Shown here: one piece after another, positions 33,601 through 45,600 of the stretch
Numbering within the stretch: position 1 is the first letter of the stretch
Layout of the letters: each line of letters begins with the position of its first letter
Assembly: GCA_964016885.1 (NCBI GenBank)
Contig: OZ024763.1
Coordinates: 26,164,001-26,228,000, forward strand
Reading direction: 5' to 3'
Length of the DNA stretch: 64,000 nt
Source of the DNA: Eledone cirrhosa
Taxonomy: Eukaryota
Program-made: the position numbers and the translations under genes
The notes under the pieces: model-generated
What the model was told of the DNA's origin: nothing
The model's database searches: none
The model's input: only the letters and a program-made list of their open reading frames with translations

Positions 33601-36600
33601 TTAGTGGTTAGGGGTATTTGGCTCAGGATTGTAAGGTGGTGGTTTAGTGGTTAGGGGTATTTGGCTCAGGATTGTAAGGTGGTGGTTTAGTGGTTAGGGG
33701 TATTTGGCTCAGGATTGTAAGGTGGTGGTTTAGTGGTTAGGGGTGTTTGGCTCAGGATTGTAAGGTGGTGGTTTAGTGGTTAGGGGTATTTGGCTCAGGA
33801 TTGTAAGGTGGTGGTTTAGTGGTTAGGGGTATTTGGCTCAGGATTGTAAGGTGGTGGTTTAGTGGTTAGGGGTATTTGGCTCAGGATTGTAAGGTGGTGG
33901 TTTAGTGGTTAGGGGTGTTTGGCTCAGGATTGTAAGGTGGTGGTTTAGTGGTTAGGGGTGTTTGGCTCAGGATAGTAAAGTGGTGGTTTAGTGGTTAGGG
34001 GTGTTTGGCTCAGGATAGTAAGGTGGTGGTTTAGTGGTTAGGGGTGTTTGGCTCAGGATAGTAAGGTGGTGGTTTAGTGGTTAGGGGTGTTTGGCTCAGG
34101 ATAGTAAGGTGGTGGTTTAGTGGTTAGGGGTGTTTGGCTCAGGATAGTAAGGTGGTGGTTTAGTGGTTAGGGGTGTTTGGCTCAGGATTGTAAGGTGGTG
34201 GTTTAGTGGTTAGGGGTGTTTGGCTCAGGATAGTAAGGTGGTGGTTTAGTGGTTAGGGTATTTGGCTCAGGATAGTAAGGTGGTGGTTTAGTGGTTAGGG
34301 GTGTTTGGCTCAGGATAGTAAGGTGGTGGTTTAGTGGTTAGGGGTGTTTGGCTCAGGATAGTAAGATGGTGGTTTAGTGGTTAGGGGTGTTTGGCTCAGG
34401 ATAGTAAGGTGGTGGTTTTGTGGTTAGGGGTGTTTGGCTCAGGATAGTAAGGTGGTGGTTTAGTGGTTAGGGTATTTGGCTCAGGATAGTAAGGTGGTGG
34501 TTTAGTGGTTAGGGGTGTTTGGCTCAGGATAGTAAGGTGGTGGTTTAGTGGTTAGGGGTGTTTGGCTCAGGATAGTAAGATGGTGGTTTAGTGGTTAGGG
34601 GTGTTTGGCTCAGGATAGTAAGGTGGTGGTTTAGTGGTTAGGGGTGTTTGGCTCAGGATAGTAAGGTGGTGGTTTAGTGGTTAGGGGTGTTTGGCTCAGG
34701 ATAGTAAGGTGGTGGTTTAGTGGTTAGGGGTGTTTGGCTCAGGATAGTAAGATGGTGGTTTAGTGGTTAGGGGTGTTTGGCTCAGGATAATAAGGTGGTG
34801 GTTTAGTGGTTAGGGGTGTTTGGCTCAGGATAGTAAGGTGGTGGTTTAGTGGTTAGGGTATTTGGCTCAGGATAGTAAGGTGGTGGTTTAGTGGTTAGGG
34901 GTGTTTGGCTCAGGATAGTAAGGTGGTGGTTTAGTGGTTAGGGGTGTTTGGCTCAGGATAGTAAGATGGTGGTTTAGTGGTTAGGGGTGTTTGGCTCAGG
35001 ATAGTAAGGTGGTGGTTTAGTGGTTAGGGGTGTTTGGCTCAGGATAGTAAGGTGGTGGTTTAGTGGTTAGGGGTGTTTGGCTCAGGATAGTAAGGTGGTG
35101 GTTTAGTGGTTAGGGGTGTTTGGCTCAGGATAGTAAGATGGTGGTTTAGTGGTTAGGGGTGTTTGGCTCAGGATAATAAGGTGGTGGTTTAGTGGTTAGG
35201 GGTGTTTGGCTCAGGATAGTAAGGTGGTGGTTTAATGGTTAGGGGTGTTTGGCTCAGGATAGTAAGGTGGTGGTTTAGTGGTTAGGGTATTTGGCTCAGG
35301 ATAGTAAGGTGGTGGTTTAGTGGTTAGGGGTGTTTGGCTCAGGATAGTAAGGTGGTGGTTTAGTGGTTAGGGGTGTTTGGCTCAGGATAGTAAGGTGGTG
35401 GTTTAGTGGTTAGGGGTGTTTGGCTCAGGATAGTAAAGTGGTGGTTTAGTGGTTAGGGTTGTTTGTCTCAGGATAGTAAGGTGGTGGTTTAGTGGTTAGG
35501 GGTGTTTGGCTCAGGATAGTAAGGTGGTGGTTTAGTGGTTAGGGGTGTTTGGCTCAGGATTGTAAGGTGGTGGTTTAGTGGTTAGGGGTGTTTGGCTCAG
35601 GATTGTAAGGTGGTGGTTTAGTGGTTAGGGGTGTTTGGCTCAGGATAGTAAAGTGGTGGTTTTGTGGTTAGGGGTGTTTGGCTCAGGATAGTAAGGTGGT
35701 GGTTTAGTGGTTAGGGGTGTTTGGCTCAGGATAGTAAGGTGGTGGTTTAGTGGTTAGGGGTGTTTGGCTCAGGATTGTAAGGTGGTGGTTTAGTGGTTAG
35801 GGGTGTTTGGCTCAGGATAGTAAGGTGGTGGTTTAGTGGTTAGGGTATTTGGCTCAGGATAGTAAGGTGGTGGTTTAGTGGTTAGGGGTGTTTGGCTCAG
35901 GATAGTAAGATGGTGGTTTAGTGGTTAGGGGTGTTTGGCTCAGGATAGTAAGGTGGTGGTTTAGTGGTTAGGGGTGTTTGGCTCAGGATAGTAAGGTGGT
36001 GGTTTAGTGGTTAGGGGTGTTTGGCTCAGGATAGTAAGGTGGTGGTTTAGTGGTTAGGGGTGTTTGGCTCAGGATAGTAAGATGGTTGTTTAGTGGTTAG
36101 GGGTGTTTGGCTCAGGATAATAAGGTGGTGGTTTAGTGGTTAGGGGTGTTTGGCTCAGGATAGTAAGGTGGTGGTTTAGTGGTTAGGGTATTTGGCTCAG
36201 GATAGTAAGGTGGTGGTTTAGTGGTTAGGGGTGTTTGGCTCAGGATAGTAAGGTGGTGGTTTAGTGGTTAGGGGTGTTTGGCTCAGGATAGTAATGTGGT
36301 GGTTTAGTGGTTAGCGTATTTGGCTCAGGATTGTAAGGTGGTGGTTTAGTGGTTAGGGTATTTGGCTCAGGATAGTAAGGTGGTGGTTTAGTGGTTAGGG
36401 GTGTTTGGCTCAGGATAGTAAGGTGGTGGTTTAGTGGTTAGGGGTGTTTGGCTCAGGATAGTAAGGTGGTGGTTTAGTGGTTAGGGGTGTTTGGCTCAGG
36501 ATAGTAAGGTGGTGGTTTAGTGGTTAGGGTTGTTTGTCTCAGGATAGTAAGGTGGTGGTTTAGTGGTTAGGGGTGTTTGGCTCAGGATAGTAAGGTGGTG

Positions 36601-39600
36601 GTTTAGTGGTTAGGGGTGTTTGGCTCAGGATTGTAAGGTGGTGGTTTAGTGGTTAGGGGTGTTTGGCTCAGGATTGTAAGGTGGTGGTTTAGTGGTTAGG
36701 GGTGTTTGGCTCAGGATAGTAAAGTGGTGGTTTTGTGGTTAGGGGTGTTTGGCTCAGGATAGTAAGGTGGTGGTTTAGTGGTTAGGGGTGTTTGGCTCAG
36801 GATAGTAAGGTGGTGGTTTAGTGGTTAGGGGTGTTTGGCTCAGGATTGTAAGGTGGTGGTTTAGTGGTTAGGGGTGTTTGGCTCAGGATAGTAAGGTGGT
36901 GGTTTAGTGGTTAGGGTATTTGGCTCAGGATAGTAAGGTGGTGGTTTAGTGGTTAGGGGTGTTTGGCTCAGGATAGTAAGGTGGTGGTTTAGTGGTTAGG
37001 GGTGTTTGGCTCAGGATTGTAAGGTGGTGGTTTAGTGGTTAGGGGTGTTTGGCTCAGGATTGTAAGGTGGTGGTTTAGTGGTTAGGGGTGTTTGGCTCAG
37101 GATTGTAAGGTGGTGGTTTAGTGGTTAGCGTATTTGGCTCAGGATTGTAAGGTGGTGGTTTAGTGGTTAGGGTATTTGGCTCAGGATAGTAAGGTGGTGG
37201 TTTAGTGGTTAGGGGTGTTTGGCTCAGGATAGTAAGGTGGTGGTTTAGTGGTTAGGGGTGTTTGGCTCAGGATAGTAAGGTGGTGGTTTAGTGGTTAGGG
37301 GTGTTTGGCTCAGGATAGTAAAGTGGTGGTTTAGTGGTTAGGGGTGTTTGGCTCAGGATTGTAAGGTGGTGGTTTAGTTGTTAGGGGTGTTTGGCTCAGG
37401 ATAGTAAGGTGGTGGTTTAGTGGTTAGGGGTGTTTGGCTCAGGATAGTAAGGTGGTGGTTTAGTGGTTAGGGGTGTTTGGCTCAGGATAGTAATGTGGTG
37501 GTTTAGTGGTTAGCGTATTTGGCTCAGGATTGTAAGGTGGTGGTTTAGTGGTTAGGGTATTTGGCTCAGGATAGTAAGGTGGTGGTTTAGTGGTTAGGGG
37601 TGTTTGGCTCAGGATAGTAAGGTGGTGGTTTAGTGGTTAGGGGTGTTTGGCTCAGGATAGTAAGGTGGTGGTTTAGTGGTTAGGGGTGTTTGGCTCAGGA
37701 TAGTAAGGTGGTGGTTTAGTGGTTAGGGGTGTTTGGCTCAGGATAGTAAGGTGGTGGTTTAGTGGTTAGGGGTGTTTGGCTCAGGATTGTAAAGTGGTGG
37801 TTTAGTGGTTAGGGGTGTTTGGCTCAGGATAGTAAGGTGGTGGTTTAGTGGTTAGGGGTGTTTGGCTCAGGATAGTAAGGTGGTGGTTTAGTGGTTAGGG
37901 GTGTTTGGCTCAGGATTGTAAGGTGGTGGTTTAGTGGTTAGGGGTGTTTGGCTCAGGATAGTAAGGTGGTGGTTTAGTGGTTAGGGGTGTTTGGCTCAGG
38001 ATTGTAAGGTGGTGGTTTAGTGGTTAGGGGTGTTTGGCTCAGGATAGTAAGGTGGTGGTTTAGTGGTTAGGGGTGTTTGGCTCAGGATAGTAAGGTGGTG
38101 GTTTAGTGGTTAGGGGTGTTTGGCTCAGGATAGTAAGGTGGTGGTTTAGTGGTTAGGGGTGTTTGGCTCAGGATAGTAAGATGGTGGTTTAGTGGTTAGG
38201 GGTGTTTGGCTCAGGATAATAAGGTGGTGGTTTAGTGGTTAGGGGTGTTTGGCTCAGGATAGTAAGGTGGTGGTTTAATGGTTAGGGGTGTTTGGCTCAG
38301 GATAGTAAGGTGGTGGTTTAGTGGTTAGGGTATTTGGCTCAGGATAGTAAGGTGGTGGTTTAGTGGTTAGGGGTGTTTGGCTCAGGATAGTAAGGTGGTG
38401 GTTTAGTGGTTAGGGGTGTTTGGCTCAGGATAGTAAGGTGGTGGTTTAGTGGTTAGGGGTGTTTGGCTCAGGATAGTAAAGTGGTGGTTTAGTGGTTAGG
38501 GTTGTTTGTCTCAGGATAGTAAGGTGGTGGTTTAGTGGTTAGGGGTGTTTGGCTCAGGATAGTAAGGTGGTGGTTTAGTGGTTAGGGGTGTTTGGCTCAG
38601 GATTGTAAGGTGGTGGTTTAGTGGTTAGGTGTGTTTGGCTCAGGATTGTAAGGTGGTGGTTTAGTGGTTAGGGGTGTTTGGCTCAGGATAGTAAAGTGGT
38701 GGTTTTGTGGTTAGGGGTGTTTGGCTCAGGATAGTAAGGTGGTGGTTTAGTGGTTAGGGGTGTTTGGCTCAGGATAGTAAGGTGGTGGTTTAGTGGTTAG
38801 GGGTGTTTGGCTCAGGATTGTAAGGTGGTGGTTTAGTGGTTAGGGGTGTTTGGCTCAGGATAGTAAGGTGGTGGTTTAGTGGTTAGGGTATTTGGCTCAG
38901 GATAGTAAGGTGGTGGTTTAGTGGTTAGGGGTGTTTGGCTCAGGATTGTAAGGTGGTGGTTTAGTGGTTAGGGGTGTTTGGCTCAGGATAGTAAAGTGGT
39001 GGTTTAGTGGTTAGGGGTGTTTGGCTCAGGATAGTAAGGTGGTGGTTTAGTGGTTAGGGGTGTTTGGCTCAGGATAGTAAGGTGGTGGTTTAGTGGTTAG
39101 GGGTGTTTGGCTCAGGATAGTAAGGTGGTGGTTTAGTGGTTAGGGGTGTTTGGCTCAGGATTGTAAGGTGGTGGTTTAGTGGTTAGGGGTGTTTGGCTCA
39201 GGATAGTAAGGTGGTGGTTTAGTGGTTAGGGTATTTGGCTCAGGATAGTAAGGTGGTGGTTTAGTGGTTAGGGGTGTTTGGCTCAGGATAGTAAGGTGGT
39301 GGTTTAGTGGTTAGGGGTGTTTGGCTCAGGATAGTAAGATGGTGGTTTAGTGGTTAGGGGTGTTTGGCTCAGGATAGTAAGGTGGTGGTTTTGTGGTTAG
39401 GGGTGTTTGGCTCAGGATAGTAAGGTGGTGGTTTAGTGGTTAGGGTATTTGGCTCAGGATAGTAAGGTGGTGGTTTAGTGGTTAGGGGTGTTTGGCTCAG
39501 GATAGTAAGGTGGTGGTTTAGTGGTTAGGGGTGTTTGGCTCAGGATAGTAAGATGGTGGTTTAGTGGTTAGGGGTGTTTGGCTCAGGATAGTAAGGTGGT

Positions 39601-42600
39601 GGTTTAGTGGTTAGGGGTGTTTGGCTCAGGATAGTAAGGTGGTGGTTTAGTGGTTAGGGGTGTTTGGCTCAGGATAGTAAGGTGGTGGTTTAGTGGTTAG
39701 GGGTGTTTGGCTCAGGATAGTAAGATGGTGGTTTAGTGGTTAGGGGTGTTTGGCTCAGGATAATAAGGTGGTGGTTTAGTGGTTAGGGGTGTTTGGCTCA
39801 GGATAGTAAGGTGGTGGTTTAGTGGTTAGGGTATTTGGCTCAGGATAGTAAGGTGGTGGTTTAGTGGTTAGGGGTGTTTGGCTCAGGATAGTAAGGTGGT
39901 GGTTTAGTGGTTAGGGGTGTTTGGCTCAGGATAGTAAGATGGTGGTTTAGTGGTTAGGGGTGTTTGGCTCAGGATAGTAAGGTGGTGGTTTAGTGGTTAG
40001 GGGTGTTTGGCTCAGGATAGTAAGGTGGTGGTTTAGTGGTTAGGGGTGTTTGGCTCAGGATAGTAAGGTGGTGGTTTAGTGGTTAGGGGTGTTTGGCTCA
40101 GGATAGTAAGATGGTGGTTTAGTGGTTAGGGGTGTTTGGCTCAGGATAATAAGGTGGTGGTTTAGTGGTTAGGGGTGTTTGGCTCAGGATAGTAAGGTGG
40201 TGGTTTAATGGTTAGGGGTGTTTGGCTCAGGATAGTAAGGTGGTGGTTTAGTGGTTAGGGTATTTGGCTCAGGATAGTAAGGTGGTGGTTTAGTGGTTAG
40301 GGGTGTTTGGCTCAGGATAGTAAGGTGGTGGTTTAGTGGTTAGGGGTGTTTGGCTCAGGATAGTAAGGTGGTGGTTTAGTGGTTAGGGGTGTTTGGCTCA
40401 GGATAGTAAAGTGGTGGTTTAGTGGTTAGGGTTGTTTGTCTCAGGATAGTAAGGTGGTGGTTTAGTGGTTAGGGGTGTTTGGCTCAGGATAGTAAGGTGG
40501 TGGTTTAGTGGTTAGGGGTGTTTGGCTCAGGATTGTAAGGTGGTGGTTTAGTGGTTAGGGGTGTTTGGCTCAGGATTGTAAGGTGGTGGTTTAGTGGTTA
40601 GGGGTGTTTGGCTCAGGATAGTAAAGTGGTGGTTTTGTGGTTAGGGGTGTTTGGCTCAGGATAGTAAGGTGGTGGTTTAGTGGTTAGGGGTGTTTGGCTC
40701 AGGATAGTAAGGTGGTGGTTTAGTGGTTAGGGGTGTTTGGCTCAGGATTGTAAGGTGGTGGTTTAGTGGTTAGGGGTGTTTGGCTCAGGATAGTAAGGTG
40801 GTGGTTTAGTGGTTAGGGTATTTGGCTCAGGATAGTAAGGTGGTGGTTTAGTGGTTAGGGGTGTTTGGCTCAGGATAGTAAGATGGTGGTTTAGTGGTTA
40901 GGGGTGTTTGGCTCAGGATAGTAAGGTGGTGGTTTAGTGGTTAGGGGTGTTTGGCTCAGGATAGTAAGGTGGTGGTTTAGTGGTTAGGGGTGTTTGGCTC
41001 AGGATAGTAAGGTGGTGGTTTAGTGGTTAGGGGTGTTTGGCTCAGGATAGTAAGATGGTTGTTTAGTGGTTAGGGGTGTTTGGCTCAGGATAATAAGGTG
41101 GTGGTTTAGTGGTTAGGGGTGTTTGGCTCAGGATAGTAAGGTGGTGGTTTAGTGGTTAGGGTATTTGGCTCAGGATAGTAAGGTGGTGGTTTAGTGGTTA
41201 GGGGTGTTTGGCTCAGGATAGTAAGGTGGTGGTTTAGTGGTTAGGGGTGTTTGGCTCAGGATAGTAAGATGGTGGTTTAGTGGTTAGGGGTGTTTGGCTC
41301 AGGATAGTAAGGTGGTGGTTTAGTGGTTAGGGGTGTTTGGCTCAGGATAGTAAGGTGGTGGTTTAGTGGTTAGGGGTGTTTGGCTCAGGATAGTAAGGTG
41401 GTGGTTTAGTGGTTAGGGGTGTTTGGCTCAGGATAGTAAGGTGGTGGTTTAGTGGTTAGGGGTGTTTGGCTCAGGATAGTAAAGTGGTGGTTTAGTGGTT
41501 AGGGTTGTTTGTCTCAGGATAGTAAGGTGGTGGTTTAGTGGTTAGGGGTGTTTGGCTCAGGATAGTAAGGTGGTGGTTTAGTGGTTAGGGGTGTTTGGCT
41601 CAGGATTGTAAGGTGGTGGTTTAGTGGTTAGGGGTGTTTGGCTCAGGATTGTAAGGTGGTGGTTTAGTGGTTAGGGGTGTTTGGCTCAGGATAGTAAAGT
41701 GGTGGTTTTGTGGTTAGGGGTGTTTGGCTCAGGATAGTAAGGTGGTGGTTTAGTGGTTAGGGGTGTTTGGCTCAGGATAGTAAGGTGGTGGTTTAGTGGT
41801 TAGGGGTGTTTGGCTCAGGATTGTAAGGTGGTGGTTTAGTGGTTAGGGGTGTTTGGCTCAGGATAGTAAGGTGGTGGTTTAGTGGTTAGGGTATTTGGCT
41901 CAGGATAGTAAGGTGGTGGTTTAGTGGTTAGGGGTGTTTGGCTCAGGATAGTAAGGTGGTGGTTTAGTGGTTAGGGGTGTTTGGCTCAGGATTGTAAGGT
42001 GGTGGTTTAGTGGTTAGGGGTGTTTGGCTCAGGATTGTAAGGTGGTGGTTTAGTGGTTAGGGGTGTTTGGCTCAGGATTGTAAGGTGGTGGTTTAGTGGT
42101 TAGCGTATTTGGCTCAGGATTGTAAGGTGGTGGTTTAGTGGTTAGGGTATTTGGCTCAGGATAGTAAGGTGGTGGTTTAGTGGTTAGGGGTGTTTGGCTC
42201 AGGATAGTAAGGTGGTGGTTTAGTGGTTAGGGGTGTTTGGCTCAGGATAGTAAGGTGGTGGTTTAGTGGTTAGGGGTGTTTGGCTCAGGATAGTAAAGTG
42301 GTGGTTTAGTGGTTAGGGGTGTTTGGCTCAGGATTGTAAGGTGGTGGTTTAGTTGTTAGGGGTGTTTGGCTCAGGATAGTAAGGTGGTGGTTTAGTGGTT
42401 AGGGGTGTTTGGCTCAGGATAGTAAGGTGGTGGTTTAGTGGTTAGGGGTGTTTGGCTCAGGATAGTAATGTGGTGGTTTAGTGGTTAGGGGTGTTTGGCT
42501 CAGGATTGTAAAGTGGTGGTTTAGTGGTTAGGGGTGTTTGGCTCAGGATTGTAAGGTGGTGGTTTAGTGGTTAGGGGTGTTTGGCTCAGGATAGTAAAGT

Positions 42601-45600
42601 GGTGGTTTAGTGGTTAGGGGTGTTTGGCTCAGGATAGTAAGGTGGTGGTTTAGTGGTTAGGGGTGTTTGGCTCAGGATAGTAAGGTGGTGGTTTAGTGGT
42701 TAGGGGTGTTTGGCTCAGGATTGTAAGGTGGTGGTTTAGTGGTTAGGGGTGTTTGGCTCAGGATTGTAAGGCGGTGGTTTAGTGGTTAGGGGTGTTTGGC
42801 TCAGGATAGTAAAGTGGTGGTTTAGTGGTTAGGGGTGTTTGGCTCAGGATAGTAAGGTGGTGGTTTAGTGGTTAGGGGTGTTTGGCTTAGGATTGTAAGG
42901 TGGTGGTTTAGTGGTTAGGGGTGTTTGGCTCAGGATAGTAAGGTGGTGGTTTAGTGGTTAGGGTATTTGGCTCAGGATAGTAAGGTGGTGGTTTAGTGGT
43001 TAGGGGTGTTTGGCTCAGGATAGTAAGGTGGTGGTTTAGTGGTTAGGGGTGTTTGGCTCAGGATTGTAAGGTGGTGGTTTAGTGGTTAGGGGTGTTTGGC
43101 TCAGGATTGTAAGGTGGTGGTTTAGTGGTTAGCGTATTTGGCTCAGGATTGTAAGGTGGTGGTTTAGTGGTTAGGGTATTTGGCTCAGGATAGTAAGGTG
43201 GTGGTTTAGTGGTTAGGGGTGTTTGGCTCAGGATAGTAAGGTGGTGGTTTAGTGGTTAGGGGTGTTTGGCTCAGGATAGTAAGGTGGTGGTTTAGTGGTT
43301 AGGGGTGTTTGGCTCAGGATAGTAAGGTGGTGGTTTAGTGGTTAGGGGTGTTTGGCTCAGGATAGTAAGGTGGTGGTTTAGTGGTTAGGGGTGTTTGGCT
43401 CAGGATTGTAAAGTGGTGGTTTAGTGGTTAGGGGTGTTTGGCTCAGGATAGTAAGGTGGTGGTTTAGTGGTTAGGGGTGTTTGGCTCAGGATAGTAAGGT
43501 GGTGGTTTAGTGGTTAGGGGTGTTTGGCTCAGGATTGTAAGGTGGTGGTTTAGTGGTTAGGGGTGTTTGGCTCAGGATAGTAAGGTGGTGGTTTAGTGGT
43601 TAGGGGTGTTTGGCTCAGGATTGTAAGGTGGTGGTTTAGTGGTTAGGGGTGTTTGGCTCAGGATAGTAAGGTGGTGGTTTAGTGGTTAGGGGTGTTTGGC
43701 TCAGGATAGTAAGGTGGTGGTTTAGTGGTTAGGGGTGTTTGGCTCAGGATAGTAAGGTGGTGGTTTAGTGGTTAGGGGTGTTTGGCTCAGGATAGTAAGG
43801 TGGTGGTTTAGTGGTTAGGGGTGTTTGGCTCAGGATAGTAAGGTGGTGGTTTAGTGGTTAGGGGTGTTTGGCTCAGGATTGTAAGGTGGTGGTTTAGTGG
43901 TTAGGGGTGTTTGGCTCAGGATAGTAAGGTGGTGGTTTAGTGGTTAGGGTATTTGGCTCAGGATAGTAAGGTGGTGGTTTAGTGGTTAGGGGTGTTTGGC
44001 TCAGGATAGTAAGATGGTGGTTTAGTGGTTAGGGGTGTTTGGCTCAGGATAGTAATGTGGTGGTTTAGTGGTTAGCGTATTTGGCTCAGGATTGTAAGGT
44101 GGTGGTTTAGTGGTTAGGGTATTTGGCTCAGGATAGTAAGGTGGTGGTTTAGTGGTTAGGGGTGTTTGGCTCAGGATAGTAAGGTGGTGGTTTAGTGGTT
44201 AGGGGTGTTTGGCTCAGGATAGTAAGGTGGTGGTTTAGTGGTTAGGGGTGTTTGGCTCAGGATAGTAAGGTGGTGGTTTAGTGGTTAGGGGTGTTTGGCT
44301 CAGGATAGTAAGGTGGTGGTTTAGTGGTTAGGGGTGTTTGGCTCAGGATTGTAAAGTGGTGGTTTAGTGGTTAGGGGTGTTTGGCTCAGGATAGTAAGGT
44401 GGTGGTTTAGTGGTTAGGGGTGTTTGGCTCAGGATAGTAAGGTGGTGGTTTAGTGGTTAGGGGTGTTTGGCTCAGGATTGTAAGGTGGTGGTTTAGTGGT
44501 TAGGGGTGTTTGGCTCAGGATAGTAAGGTGGTGGTTTAGTGGTTAGGGGTGTTTGGCTCAGGATTGTAAGGTGGTGGTTTAGTGGTTAGGGGTGTTTGGC
44601 TCAGGATAGTAAGGTGGTGGTTTAGTGGTTAGGGGTGTTTGGCTCAGGATAGTAAGGTGGTGGTTTAGTGGTTAGGGGTGTTTGGCTCAGGATAGTAAGG
44701 TGGTGGTTTAGTGGTTAGGGGTGTTTGGCTCAGGATAGTAAGATGGTGGTTTAGTGGTTAGGGGTGTTTGGCTCAGGATAATAAGGTGGTGGTTTAGTGG
44801 TTAGGGGTGTTTGGCTCAGGATAGTAAGGTGGTGGTTTAATGGTTAGGGGTGTTTGGCTCAGGATAGTAAGGTGGTGGTTTAGTGGTTAGGGTATTTGGC
44901 TCAGGATAGTAAGGTGGTGGTTTAGTGGTTAGGGGTGTTTGGCTCAGGATAGTAAGGTGGTGGTTTAGTGGTTAGGGGTGTTTGGCTCAGGATAGTAAGG
45001 TGGTGGTTTAGTGGTTAGGGGTGTTTGGCTCAGGATAGTAAAGTGGTGGTTTAGTGGTTAGGGTTGTTTGTCTCAGGATAGTAAGGTGGTGGTTTAGTGG
45101 TTAGGGGTGTTTGGCTCAGGATAGTAAGGTGGTGGTTTAGTGGTTAGGGGTGTTTGGCTCAGGATTGTAAGGTGGTGGTTTAGTGGTTAGGGGTGTTTGG
45201 CTCAGGATTGTAAGGTGGTGGTTTAGTGGTTAGGGGTGTTTGGCTCAGGATAGTAAAGTGGTGGTTTTGTGGTTAGGGGTGTTTGGCTCAGGATAGTAAG
45301 GTGGTGGTTTAGTGGTTAGGGGTGTTTGGCTCAGGATAGTAAGGTGGTGGTTTAGTGGTTAGGGGTGTTTGGCTCAGGATTGTAAGGTGGTGGTTTAGTG
45401 GTTAGGGGTGTTTGGCTCAGGATAGTAAGGTGGTGGTTTAGTGGTTAGGGTATTTGGCTCAGGATAGTAAGGTGGTGGTTTAGTGGTTAGGGGTGTTTGG
45501 CTCAGGATTGTAAGGTGGTGGTTTAGTGGTTAGGGGTGTTTGGCTCAGGATAGTAAAGTGGTGGTTTAGTGGTTAGGGGTGTTTGGCTCAGGATAGTAAG

